Assembly: GCA_030704615.1 (NCBI GenBank)
Contig: CM060731.1
Location: 29,450,001-29,514,000, forward strand
DNA: 64,000 bases
Reading direction: 5' to 3'
DNA from: Takakia lepidozioides
Taxonomy: Eukaryota > Plantae > Bryophyta
Shown in pieces: positions 1 to 12,450 of the stretch (position 1 is the first letter of the stretch; each line of letters opens with the position of its first letter). Below the pieces are notes generated by a model. It saw nothing but the letters and a program-made list of their open reading frames with translations, did not search any database and was not told where the DNA came from. Position numbers and translations under genes: made by a program.

Positions 1-988
1 CTCATTTGTCTCCCTACTACAGAGTTCAATCCTGGTTATTCCATAAGTTCCATCTGCTCATGGGTACAGAGTTTGTTCTTGATCTGATAAAGGTACTCAA
101 CTCCATGTCTGACGGTGTCAATCCTCTTGTAGAGACCGTTTTAAGTCTATGAGCAATCTCCATACAAACATCCGCAGAACCCCAGAGCTTTTTTTTGCAA
201 GATTGGCCACCTCGATCACAGACCCAAGGGCAGGAGCTCTTGGTTTCTTTGCCTTCGCCATGATCCTGCATCTACTACTCCTACTACTCTGCCAATCTTC
301 ACAAACGATGCACCTAGAAAGTCGCTATAGGATCCAGGCTCGGAATTGTCTTCTGCTCAATTCAGAATAAATGTATGTACTCTGGGCAACGAGTAGGGCA
401 TGAAAGTAGGTGTGCAAGGTCTTCCCTGGAGTTTGCAAGGTAATTGAGAGGGTTCAGACTTTGGCTCCTCAGCTGCTCCCTGGTCGTTGTCACAGACCAC
501 TCCAAATCTCCAAAGTTCAATTTCCAGAGAGATAGGAGGAATGTGAGCTGCTTCTGGACATAGCCTGTGCGTGGACTCTGGCTCTGAATCGATCTGCAGA
601 GAGGCATGTCATTACGGGTGCTAAGTATGACTGTGTAGAGGGGACTGCCTGCCATCTTTGGATGCCCTGGAACAAAGTTTAACTGTGCCATGTGCTGCGT
701 TTGGGATAAAGGGATTTTGCAAGAATGAGGAGAGGCACTATCGTACTGCAATTCATGGTTTAGGTGCAGCATTCTGCCGTGCTCATGCTGGGGTCGTAGA
801 TAGCTCGTTGTCTGAATATAGGATTTTGCAGGGTTTAAGGCATCATAGAGAGCGTCTAGGAAGGTCACCGCCTGTCTGGGATATCAGAGCAGCAAAAGGA
901 TCATTGCAATTCAAATGTGGGAATTGGAATATTGGGCCGAGATGAGATGGATACTTGGAAAAGTAAGGGATGATTGGATTCAACAGGG
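1..988 (-). mobile_element. Probable inverted 5' part of a LINE (end of endonuclease plus linker)
   Basis: Minus strand at about 955-988 reads IPVESNHPLLFQV, resembling the SDHxPL end of APE endonucleases. It continues into broken ORFs 362-868 and 26-271 and abuts the plus-strand RT. Confidence 0.4.
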
Positions 989-989
989 A

Positions 990-2360
990 TTCGTGTAGGA
1001 CTTTTGAAAGGGTTTCGATTCAGTCCCTCGAGCCCTTCTTCTGGACAGATTACATAGGATAGGGGCCCTCCAGAGATCATAAGGGCCATCAGGAGACTGT
1101 CATTGGCATGTTCAAGGTTGCAGGGTAAGTTCTCAGCAGAGGTGCTCAGCAGTATTGGGGTCAAACAGGGCTGCCCTCTCTCCCACCTCTATTTGGAATT
1201 TGGGAGGAAAAAATGCGAAGAATAATGGAGTGGGGGTGACTTTGGATGGGGGGACCAACACAATCAGTACTTCTCAACACCAATGATGCTGTTTTTACTG
1301 CCACAACCTCCTGTCTTCCTACAATGACGCCTTCACATCCTAGAAGACCTTCCCAAAGAGTATGGGTTACAGGTCAACCTCAGCAAAGGCAAAATGGTTT
1401 TCAAGGGCCATGCTGATCGGAGATTCCTCTTCAACCAGCAAGAGATTGAGGTTGTGAAATCATACCCATACCTGACTCTGATTATCCACTCATCCAAATT
1501 TCAGTGTCCATCAACAGCTATGGACAGATTAACGAAGTTTTAAAACGTGGGTTTCAAGAGCTCCTGGTATGCTCGGGTCTCCAACATTTTAGAGCGCAAC
1601 AGGCTCCCGTTGCTTCCCTACTGCCACAAAATACGGACGGAGTGGAAATTCCACCCGGTACATAAACTGGCGACACCATAAGAATCAAGAGTCAAAGGTC
1701 CAAACTCACGTGAAATTCGAACCGCTCTACAGTACCACCATAGATACATCAGACGAGAACTTAGGGAACTTCACGTCAGGCAGTCATGGAAACCAGCCAA
1801 CTCTTACAGCAAAACTCCAGTTCTAACGAGAGACATTCTTGGTCCTCCGTGCCGATAGAAGTTTGCACCCCATTACCTGTCTCCAGCTCTATCTCTCTCT
1901 CTTCTGAGGGCATTAGGGAGGTTTAAGATGGCCTCCCACACTTTGCGGATAGAAACTGGTAGGTGGAACAACCTGCAACACATGACCGCCTATGCCCCGC
2001 TTGCACTCGGAACAAGAGGGAAATCGAACGTGAAGAACATTTCCTCTTTCATTGTCCGTTCTCTATGACATCCGTGGGAGATTCTATTGTACTTCTGTGA
2101 TACCCGATCTCTCACAGAGGTCTTCCATCTCGAAATGCTTAGTAGCATGCAGGCATTGACTGTTAGACCATCGCTTGGGCATAGTTGTTTTTGGGCTGCT
2201 TGTTGAGGCAGCCTCCTCTCTTTCTTGTTGCTTTCTTTCTCTTGTCCCATCTCGGACATTATAAAGTACATTTCATACATCCTGAAAGGTCATTTCTTTG
2301 TTGCACCCTGTCCCGTGGGCTCCTGCGGACGTTGTAAAACCATCTCATTTCATTTATCTC
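990..2360 (+). mobile_element. Decayed non-LTR retrotransposon (LINE): RT and C-terminal zinc finger
   Basis: Degenerate FVDFxKGFDSVPR (about 990-1030), SIGVKQGCPLS (1151-1183), VKSYPYL (about 1455), and LRIETGRW...C..C...EEHFLFHCP (1943-2060). Frameshifts and stops throughout. Confidence 0.8.
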
Positions 2361-2872
2361 TCTATCTCTGAGTATCTCTTCATGTTCTTTACTCCATGCC
2401 CACTAGCTAGCCTACAATGGGGTAACTTGACATAAATGTCTCTGTGAAAAAATGCCGGCCTTGTGACCCATTGCCTTTGTTCGATTGACCCGAAGCATAT
2501 TGCTTCAGGTAAGGTAGTGCATTGGATTTAGTTGGAGAGAAGTGGCCTCTCCTTCTCTCAAGCCTGTATGGCCATTCCCTGCAGCTCATATGGAGGGATG
2601 GCCTCTATTTCCAACTCTTGAAAGTCATTCCTCTCACCTCACATTGGGCTGCCCCGTTCATGGAAACCTACTGGATCGCAATCCACTATTTTAGGTTACA
2701 ACCAGCTGATTGTCCATATCACCACAACCGTGCGCTTTTTCCATCTTTATATTCAACAACTATTCGTTTTTATCAAAGTGGTTGGTTTGCTGAAAGATGT
2801 GGCCTGTTGTTGGTTTGTGGTGGTACTCTGTTCTATGTGAAACTCTCAGCTGCAAACTCATGGTTTTCACAG

Positions 2873-5516
2873 AAACGTCCGAGATTGCCAGACTTCAGAC
2901 ACAAGTGGACAAAGGAGATCGTTTGGATCAATAATTGCTTGGAGCCTCCTTGGGTGTCAGCAGAGCTAGCTGGCAGGATATAATGTCCAGCAGAATCTGG
3001 CGATGCTTCTGTTGTCGATGTATAGTCTACTCTAGGTGGAGAATACAACAGGTATACTGATTCAAGGGTTCCACCTCAAACACGTATAGTGGGTATAGTT
3101 GATGGATCGCGCAAGTAGTTTTGTACCAGAGGGTGTAGCCTGTCCTCATGAAGAGATCTCTGTGATGCTCTAGGAGCTTGAAGGTATATTATGTGATTGA
3201 GTCTGAAGGTTGGTACCTAACAGTTCCAGTCAGACAGGATGGCAGGATTGGATCAGGGGCAGTTGTTAAAGATACAATATCCCCAGACTTAAGACATGGG
3301 TGGAGAAAGGAGATCCTTTGGATTCAGAAGTGGTTGAACCCTCCTTGGGTGAAAGCAGACCTCACAGCCATGATACAATGTGAAGCACAATCTGCTGATG
3401 CTTATCCCCATTTACACCATGGGTCTCTAGGCCAGGAATCCAAGAGGTATTGTTTGGATGATGTTTCAAAACTATAATTGCGACATTTGTGTTGAAGTAG
3501 AAGCCTATCCTTATGTAGGAATTTCCTTTGAAGTACCTTGGGACTGTGAAATGTTTTGTTATTGACTGAAACGTTCTCCTACTAAGAGTTTTGAGTCATG
3601 CAGGACTGCAGCGGTAAATGAAGCACTGCTGTTGATTGGACGTCAGAGTCGCAGCAGGGGAAGCACCTCTTTTGAAAGTGGACCAAGTGAGGAAGTCAAC
3701 AAGAACTCTTCTGGGTATGTAAGGACACTATGTAAGACAGGACGAGTGAAAGATGCCCTGCACATTTTGAACCACCCAGGAATTCGAGCAGACTCAGATA
3801 CTTATGTCTCTCTCTTGCAGGAGTGCATCAATATGAAAGACTTGCGGGAGGGAAAGAAGGTGCATGCCCATATCATCCAAACCAGATATAAGCCAAACAT
3901 CTTTCTACTCAACACTCTTGTGAACATGTATGCCAAGTGCGGGAGTTTGGTGGATGCACGCCATGTGTTTGACAAAATGACGAAAAGAAGATTATTGACG
4001 TGGAATATAATGATAGCAGGATATGCCAAGCACGGGTACTTTAGGGAGGCTTTTGAGATGTATGAGCAAATGCGACGGGAAGGGGTGATACCCAACAGGG
4101 TCACATTTATTTGCATTCTCAATGCCTGTGCCAGCCTAGGAGTCTTGGAAAAAGGTAAAGAGGTCCATGAGGACATCATGAAAGCTGGAACTCCACTAGA
4201 CATCGTTCTGGAGACAGCCCTTGTTGACATGTATGCAAAATGTGGGAGCATGAAGGATGCAAGTGAAGTGTTCAACAATATGCATCAGCGAAATGTGGTG
4301 TCATGGAGTGCAATGATTGCAGGATATACTCAATGTGGGTTCGGTAGGGAGGCTTTTGGTATGTATCAACAAATGAGAGGGGAAGGGGTACTGCCTGACA
4401 TGGTCACCTTTACTTGTGTTCTCAATGCGTGTGCCAGCTTAGGAGCCCTAGAAAAGGGCAAGCAGGTTCATGCCAACATAAGCAGAAGTAGAATTTCGCC
4501 AGATATTATTCTGGACACTGCTCTTGTTGATATGTATGCGAAATGCGGAAGCACAAAGGATGCACGCCAAGTGTTTGACAAAATGGCAAAACGAAGTGTG
4601 GTCTCATGGAATGCTATGATCACAGGATATGCTCAGCATGGGGGAGGTAGGGAGGCCCTCCGATTATTCCAGCAAATGCAACAGGAAGGTGTGAAGCCGA
4701 ATGGAATTACCTTCATCGCTCTTCTCTTTGCGTGTAGCCATGTGGGCCTTGTGGATGAAGGCCACCACTGCTTTGATTCCATGAGTCGTGATCATGGCCT
4801 TACTCCTACAGTCGAGCATTTTGGCTGCATGGTGGACCTTCTTGGCCGAGCAGGGCAATTGAAAGAGGCTGAGGACTTCATTAGTAGAATGCCAATCAAG
4901 CCAGATAGTGGGGTATGGAGGGCCTTGCTTGGTGCCAGCAGAATTCAAGGCGATGTGCTGATAGCAGAACGTGCAGCAAAAAGCCTTATTGAGTGTGATC
5001 CACAGCACCCTGGAGCTTTTGTGCTGTTATCAAATATCTATGCTGCGACTGGCCGACGATAAAGTGAAAGTTCGTAAAATGATGGATGGAAGAGGTGTGA
5101 GAAAGGTTTCAGGGCACAGCTGCATTGAGGTTGACAACCAGGTGCATACATTCCTTGTTGAAGACAAAATGCATCCACAAATTGAGGAAATCCATACTGA
5201 GTTGAAGAGATTATTTCGGCTGATGAAAGAAGCGGGGTATGTGCCTGATAGATGGCTTGCATTGCAATGCTTGGAGGAGGAGCAAAAGGAAACTTCTCTT
5301 GGCTACCACAGTGAGAAGCTGGCCATTGCTTTTGGGCTGATCTGCATGCCCATTGGGACACCAATCCATGTTATCAAGAACCTTCGGGTGTGTGGTGATT
5401 GTCACACCGCTATCAAGTTCATCTCAAAGATTGAGAGGCGAGAAGTTTTTGTAGGGGATGCCAACCGCTTGCACCATTTTCAAGATGGGGTTTGTTCTTG
5501 TGGAGATTACTGGTGA
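2873..5516 (+). pseudogene. PLS-class PPR-E-DYW RNA editing factor pseudogene with upstream PDF-motif exons
   Basis: ORF 3632-5062 has P-L-S repeats and an E domain. A small deletion near 5053 shifts frame before the DYW domain (HSEKLA, KNLRVCGDCH, CSCGDYW; ends 5516). Upstream exons read PDFRHKWTKEIVWINNCLEPPWV and PDLRHGWRKEILWIQKWLNPPWV. TAA at 2981-2983; in-phase donor AG|gt at about 3447 and acceptor cag| at 3603. Confidence 0.88.
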
Positions 5517-5609
5517 AACAAGTGAAATGCATGCAATAGTGTGCGGCTTTGTATTTAAATTTTGCAAGTATCCTCTACATACCTTTTGATGGGTCCTACA
5601 TAATTTATA

Positions 5610-6110
5610 TGAAATCAATCAAAATTGATTGAAAAGGTGAACTAATGGTTCTCCATCCAAATGATTTTTGCTTGTTTTCAAACTTTGTCAAGGTGTACTA
5701 TATACCATTTGATAGGTCCTGGACAAGTATGGGATCAATCAAAATTGATTCAAAGGGCTTGCAAACGCATGGTTCCACATCCAAATGATTTTATCTTCTT
5801 TCCAAATTTTGTTCGTATTACATACCATTTGACGGGTCCTGGACAAGTATGACATGAATCAAAATTGGTCTAAAGGGTGAACAAATGGTTTCTCATCCAA
5901 ATGATTTTTGTTTGTTTTCAAACTTTGCTAGTATGTTCTACATACCATATGATAGGTCCGGACAAGTATGAGATCAATTAGAATTGATTGAAAGGTCGAA
6001 CAAACGGTTTCTCATCAAAATGATTTTTGCATGTTTTCAAACCTGGCCAATATGTTCTACATACCATATGACAGGTCATGGACTAGACGTGACATGAATC
6101 AAGATTGGTC
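5610..6110. repeat. Tandem repeat, about 120-bp unit (about 4 copies)
   Basis: Recurring atcaaaattgatt...catccaaatgatttt...caaacttt...cataccat...ggacaagtatg with a period of about 120 bp. Confidence 0.85.
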
Positions 6111-6219
6111 CCACGGGGTCTTTTTCATCAGTCTACTTGGCCTTTTCCAAATGCAGTTGAGCTAATGGTTACTTCTTTGTGGTGGGAGACTCTGCCGTGT
6201 TCTGAACGAAATTCTACAG

Positions 6220-7885
6220 CTTAGAGGGTGAACCACTCGTTTCTCATTGATACAAATTTAGATCCTTTCCAAACTTTGTGGATATGTTCAACATACCTAC
6301 ATACAAGCGCTGACCAAATATAAGGGGGAACAAAATATGTTTGAAGGGTGAACCTCTTATTTAATCCCCATTGACGTGAATTTTGATCGTTCTGAAACTT
6401 TATTGGTGTGTTGAACATACCCACATACAGGTGCTGACCAAATATGAGATCGAATGAAACTCGCTTGGAGGGTGAACCACTCGTTCCCTATTGGCACAAA
6501 TTTTGATTGTTCTGAAACTTTGTCAATGTGTTGAACATACCCACATACAAGTTAACCAAATAAGACATCGAAAAAACTTCGCTTGGATGCTGAACCACTC
6601 CGTTCCCATGGACACCCTAGACTGTAAACCGTAAACCCTATCCAGTCATTCCCCATGGACATGAATTTTGATCCTTCTGAACCTTTGTAGATGTGTTGAA
6701 CATACCCACATACAGTTGCTGATGACCAAATACGACAATGAACAAAATTCGCTTGGAGGCTGAACTGCTCGTTCTCCATCAACGTAAACCCTAAACCCAT
6801 AACCATAACCACCCGTTCCCCATGGACGTGAATTTTGATCATTCTGAAACTTTGTGGGTGTGTTGGATATAACTACATACAACCGTTGGCCAAATATGAA
6901 ATCAACAAAAATTGGTTTCAGGGTAGTCGTTCCCCTTCGACACAAATTTTGTCCTCTAACTTTGTGGGTATGTTGAATATGCAAATTTGTTTGTGGGTAT
7001 ACGAATTTAGATCCTTCCCAAACTTTGCGGGTATGTTCAACATACCAAGATACAATCGCTGGCCAAATATGAGATTGAATGAAATTCGTTTGGAGGGTAA
7101 ACCACTCGTTCCCCATCGAGATGAATTTTGATGGTTCTAATACTTTGTGGGTATGTTGAACATACCGAGATACAACCGTTGGCCACATATGAGATTGAAT
7201 GAATTTTGTTTGGAGGGTGCACCACTCGTTCGCCATTGAGACAACTTTTGATCGTTATGATACTTTGTAGGTATTTTCAACATACTGGTATACAACCGTT
7301 GGCCAAATATGAGATTGAACGAAATCTGTTTGGAGGGTAAATCACTTGTTCCCCATCGAGACAAATTTTGATCATTCTGATACTTTGTCGGTATGTTGAA
7401 TATGCCGAGACACAACCGTTGGCCAAATATGAGATAGAACAAAATTTGTTTGGAGGGTGAACCACTCGCTCCCCTCCAAGAAATTTTTTGATCGTTATGA
7501 TACTTTGTAGGTATGTTCAACATGCTGAGATACAACCGCTAGCAAAAAATATGGGATCAAACGAAATCTGTTTGGAGGAAGAACCACTAGTTCGCCATCG
7601 AGACAAATTTTGATCGTTCTAATACTTTGTAGGTATGTTCAAAATAACGGGAGACAACCGCTGGCCAAATATGGGATCGAACGAAATTTGTTTGGAGGGT
7701 GAACCACTCTTTCCCCATTGAGACAAGTTTTGATGGTTCTAAAAGTTTCTAGGTATGTTGAACATACCTAGATACAAGTGCTGATCAAATATGAGATCAA
7801 CATAAATTTGTTTGTACGGTCAACAAGTCATTCCCCATCGACGTGAATTTTTCTCCTTCTCAAATTTTGTGGGTATATTGTATAT
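6220..7885. repeat. Tandem repeat, 120-bp unit (about 13 copies), related to the 5.6-6.1 kb array
   Basis: Recurring ggagggtgaaccactcgttcccc...aattttgatc...tactttgt...gtatgttgaacatac...ggccaaatatgagat. The array resumes briefly at about 8630-8680 after an insertion. Confidence 0.9.
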
Positions 7886-7888
7886 TAC

Positions 7889-8625
7889 CGGTGTTGGACC
7901 AGTATATAGGTCCAACCCGGGTATCAATCCGGGCAGGTAATACCATACCCGGCTGGTAGGTAAGGTGGCCAATACCCGGACAATACCATACCTGGGGCAA
8001 TACATACCTTGCTCCATACTATGATATATACCATACATGTCTGGTATGGGGTATAAGTCCGTGGAAGATACCAAGCCTTAATATCATCATGCAGAACCGT
8101 AGTTGTTCACGATGGATAAGATTGGTATTGATACCAGTATTGCTGCTATGTGAGCCTCCAAAGGCCCAGTAGGTGTATATGTGGAATTAGGGCAAGGATA
8201 TTCAAGGGCATTTATGGCATTTATGACATCTGTTGTATACTCAATGTGCAATGTGCAAATATACATGTATGGTATGGTATATTTTTGCATGTGCATGTGT
8301 ATGAGCAATGTATTTTGTATATGCATTGTGCTGTAATTGTCATCCATTATGAAGGTCAATTCTTTTTCTCAGGTTATTGAATATTTTCTTGAATATATCA
8401 TATACATACCCGGGGCAATATTCATATTCCCCCATATGAGATGGAAAAAACAAATATTGATACCCTACTGATATACATCCACAATTTTACGCTATTGATA
8501 CCCATCATATATCCTACCCGGCCCCTTACCCCAATACCGGGACCATATCAGTATTGGGAAATATGAGCCCTTGTGATACTAGGACCAGACTGGTATCATA
8601 TTTTCGTGATACCAGTCCAACACTG
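7889..8625. mobile_element. Non-autonomous TIR element (hAT-like) inserted in the satellite
   Basis: Termini CGGTGTTGGACCAGTAT and ATACCAGTCCAACACTG are inverted repeats. Flanks gtatattac and gtatatac approximate an 8-bp target duplication. Confidence 0.6.
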
Positions 8626-8699
8626 GTATATACCTAGGTAAGAGGTCCTACATACTAGCCCTGACCAAATATGAGATCCTTCAGATTTTGTGAAGAAGA

Positions 8700-8742
8700 T
8701 GATCGACTTACTGGCGGTCACTTTGAATAAATAATTCACGGA

Positions 8743-8778
<36 letters not shown>

Positions 8779-9625
8779 GACTGCCAAATTGGGCGATCGT
8801 TTGCATTTTGATTTATTTAATTCCCAGGCGACCGTCAACATTATTAAAAAAAATCATGAATTTGATTTTAAATTATTAATACAAGCGATCGTCAATATTG
8901 ACGGTCGTTTTGTATTCTTATGTTTTTTAAATTACAAGCGACTGCCAATGTTGTTCAGGGGAAAAAACAAATGACTGCCAAATAGGGCAGTCGCTTGCAT
9001 ATTGATTATTTTTAATTCCCAGGCGACCGCCAATATTGGCAATCATTTTTTCCCTATAAATAAATTTAATAAATTAATAAAATTCATTATTTTGATTTAA
9101 ATTTTTTAATGCAAGCGACCGTCAATATTGGTGGCCGTTTGTATTTTTTTATTTTTGAAAATGCAGCAATTGCCAATAAAAAACATCTGCTTCATTAGGA
9201 AAAATAAAAATATGAGAGCGACCGCCTCATTTTCAGAAACAAAAAATTAAAGCGACTGCCAATATTGGCGGTTGCTTCATTTAAAAAATAAAACTATAAA
9301 GCGACCGCCAATATTGGCGAAAACTTCATTTAAAAATATAAAAATAAAAGCGACCACCAATATCGACGGTCGCTTCATTTTTAAAATTAAATAAATAAAA
9401 GCGACCGCCGATATTGGCGGTCACTTCATTTAACAAAATATATAAATACAAGTGACCGCCAATATTGACGGTCACTTCATTTTAAAAAATAATAAAATAC
9501 AAGATATCGCCAATATTGGAGGTCGCTTTATATAAAATGAAAACAAAATGACCACCAACATTGGATGTTGTTTTTTTTTAAAAATAAAATAAACACAATG
9601 ATCGCCAATATTGGGGGTCGTTTTA
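8700..9625. repeat. Array of palindromic GCGACCGCCAATATTGGCGGTCGC units separated by A/T tracts
   Basis: More than 12 degenerate copies at about 50-100 bp spacing. A further copy lies at about 21675-21700, beyond the Gypsy insertion. Confidence 0.85.
8743..8777. repeat. (AAT)n microsatellite
   Basis: Pure AAT run. Confidence 0.95.
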
Positions 9626-9645
9626 TTTATAAAAATAAATAAATA

Positions 9646-10070
9646 CAGTAAAACCTGTAATTGTTATGCTCCAAGAGTATGAACTCTATAACAATTAGAC
9701 AGTTATATCATATAACAGTAAAACAGGTTGAAATTTCATAAGGTAACAATTAGAAATTTAACATTAAAACAGGGTCCTTCAGATGCAAGATAAGATTTAG
9801 AGAGAGAGGACAAAAAATATGACGTAATGTCTTTCTGTAGTAGTTCGTTTGCTTAGAAAGATGCAATTCCTTCTCCATGGATAAACACTTTGAAACCAGT
9901 ATCGTAAGCTTGTTGTGCAAGATACAAATGAACCGTTTTTATAGCTCTTTTGACCTCAGAGTAAGATATTGAAGGTACATCCGAGGCTATTAATTCTTCT
10001 TCATGGTCATCATGGATTTCTTCACTTGGTTCAACCATATCCCATATTTCCTCATTTGTCGGCTCAATGG
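9646..10070 (-). mobile_element. Possible pogo/Tc1-like transposon fragment
   Basis: TA-CAGTAAAACCT end at 9644-9656. Minus peptide EEIHDDHEEE...PSISYSEVKRAIKTVHLYLAQQ resembles pogo/Tigger transposase C-termini. Confidence 0.3.
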
Positions 10071-10225
10071 CTCAATCAAATTGAATTGATCTTCAAACTC
10101 GAAGTATTCCAGAGCGTACTCCAAAACCTACTGTTCTCTGTTCCCGTAAACATTCGTTGTACCCTACCAAGAGGTTCTCGAGTTCCCTGGAGGCCCCCCA
10201 AATCGTAACAGACAGCGGTTAGGGT

Positions 10226-10553
10226 TGTCAAGTTATTTTACCACTAATGTGAAACTAGCTAGGAAATAGCTAGCTTTTACATTATTGACATTTCGGATTG
10301 GCCCAAGTGTCAATCCAGGGGTCAAGGCAGATTTAGGCCCTGGAGTGGTTATCTTCACGGCAAGCGAGGGAGGCTCATCTTTCTCGAGTTGAGCCTCACC
10401 GCACCTAGCTATGGCGCCGTAGTGTGGATTCCCCATGGCGTGGGGTACACTTGGCTTGACTTGTATTTGAGTGATGAGGTTATATATGCATAAGTTTATG
10501 CTTCAGCTTTGTGAGCTCACATGAGCTTGTGCTTGTATTCTTCTTCTTTATCA
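10226..10553 (+). repeat. Terminal repeat A1 (328 bp)
   Basis: Matches 20867-21193; by eye about 14 substitutions and 1 indel. Begins TG and ends CA. Confidence 0.95.
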
Positions 10554-10565
10554 CTCGAGAAAGAT
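10553..10565 (+). promoter_or_regulatory. Candidate self-priming site at the PBS position
   Basis: ACTCGAGAAAGAT is the exact reverse complement of ATCTTTCTCGAGT at 10377-10389 and 21017-21029. No TGG-type tRNA PBS follows A1. Confidence 0.6.
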
Positions 10566-10954
10566 CAGCTCGTATTTGTGAGTGCCAGATACGAGTTAAT
10601 TGTAGCACTTGTGGTTTTTGCTTGAGAATGAGAGAAACTAGGTTGTTATGCAAGGAGCACTGTGGAGCTCTTGGTTATTAGAAGCGGAGGCGATGTGGGT
10701 TACGAGGTGATAGACCTTGGCATTCGATCTTCAGCTTCAGAGATGAAAGCACCATGTTGCAGGGCTGGAACAGGAGCTAAGAGGTGCGGCAAACCATAGA
10801 ATGTGCACCTAGGGTTTCAGAGCTTGGAAGAAGAGCTCTTGCACCACAAGAGGAGTGTCTTGTGGCTGGAAATGTAAGCCTTAGGATTTCAGGAGCTTGG
10901 CAAAGGCTGTGGAGTGCTTAGTCTTGCTTAGAGAGCATCAAGGAGCCAAGGAGC

Positions 10955-11345
10955 CAAGATAGGGGGCTGATACCTCTTGTGTGAAGAGGTTGCATGTGTG
11001 GAGCATGTATTCAGCTCATTGAAGCTTCCATCTTCAAGCTTGGAGGGCAAGCAAGGAAGAGAGAAGGGCTGACTTCCCTTATGTGAGGGCAATGCATGTG
11101 TGGAGCATGCTTTCGGCCTATTGAAGGCTTGTACTTTCAAGTTTGGGAGTGCAAGAAAGGAAGGAAGGGGCTGGTTTCCCTGTAAGGCATGTGTGGAGCA
11201 TGCTTCCAGCCCGCTGAAGCTTGTATTTTCAGGTTGGTGGGTGCAAGAAAAAAAGCAAAGGGGCTGATTCTCTGGTGGTGAGAGTGGGGCATGTGTGGAG
11301 CATGCCTTCAGTCCATTGGGCTTTTGTTTTCAAGCTTTAGAGAAC
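10955..11345 (+). repeat. About 105-bp degenerate tandem repeat (4 copies) in the element leader
   Basis: Recurring ggggctg...gcatgtgtggagcatg...ttgaagctt...ttcaag. Confidence 0.8.
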
Positions 11346-11789
11346 TAGAAGAGAAGGTAAGGTTATGTGACAGTCCGACACTTATAGAGCGTGTTCTGAG
11401 TTGGGGTTTCAACCTCAAGCCTAGATAGAGCATGGCTCTTGAAATGGCAGGTGTAGGGGGCTGGAATAGGCTCTAAGACACATGTTATGGCCAAGGGAAA
11501 CGCTTGAATGAGTGCTCACAAGGACTGGAAACCAGCAATGCTTGGTTGTTGCCATTGAGTTTAGTGGCGTGTTTGGGGAGTCTAAGTGAGAAAGAAGGCT
11601 TGGTTTGTGGCAACCATCTTCCTCATGGCTTAGGGCTACTATTGGTGGTGTGTGGGAGCCGAAAGAGTAAGAATACCTTACTGATTTCTTCACAGCCACC
11701 ATAGCTCGGTGCAAAGAAGCCTAGAGTCTAAGAGACACAAACCTTAGCTTGGCGTGGCTAAACCCCTTGGAGAAATGGCTAAACTGTCA

Positions 11790-12450
11790 TGAGTGGCTTG
11801 TGGGGCTGAGACAGGCTGTGATGGACTGTGACAGGCTGTGGTGGGCTGTGACAGGCTGTGATGGGCTGTGACAAGCTGTGCCCTGTGGCCTGTGGGGCTG
11901 TGACGGGATGTGACAGGCTGTGATGGGCTGTGGCGAGCTGTGACAGGCTGTGATGGGTTGTGATGGGATGTGGCGGGCTGTGACAGGCTGTGCCCGGTGG
12001 CCTGTGGGTCTGTGACGGGCTGTGAGGGGCTGTGACAGGCTGTGCCCCGTGGCCTGTGGGGCTGTGACAGGCTGTGCCTTGTGGCCTGTGGGGCTGTGAT
12101 GGGCTGTGACAGGCTGTGGTGGGCTGTGCCCTGTGGCCTATGGGGCTGTGAGGGGCTATGATAGGCTGTGGCCTTTGGGGCTGTGACCATGTGACCTTTG
12201 TAGGGCTGTGACAGGCTGTGCTTGTGGCCTTTGGGGTTGTGATGAGCTGTGACAGGCTGTGACATGTGGCCTTTGGGGCTGTGATAGGCTGCGGCCTGTG
12301 GGGCTGTGACCCTGTGACCTGTGTAGGGCTGTGACAGGCTGTGGCCTGTGTGGGGCTGTGACGGCTGTGACCAGTGAGCTGTGCTGGCCTGTGGTGGCCC
12401 GTGTTGACCTGTGGACGGCCTGTGCTGACTCGTGGAGGCACTGGTGGACT
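11790..12450 (+). repeat. Minisatellite of GGCTGTG(AC/AT/GC)-type units in the element leader
   Basis: Dozens of 9-11 bp units such as gggctgtgacaggctgtgat. Confidence 0.95.

Noticed and set aside
6221-7535. ORFs within the 120-bp satellite
   Set aside because: A period divisible by three creates repeated short frames with frequent stops and no domain.
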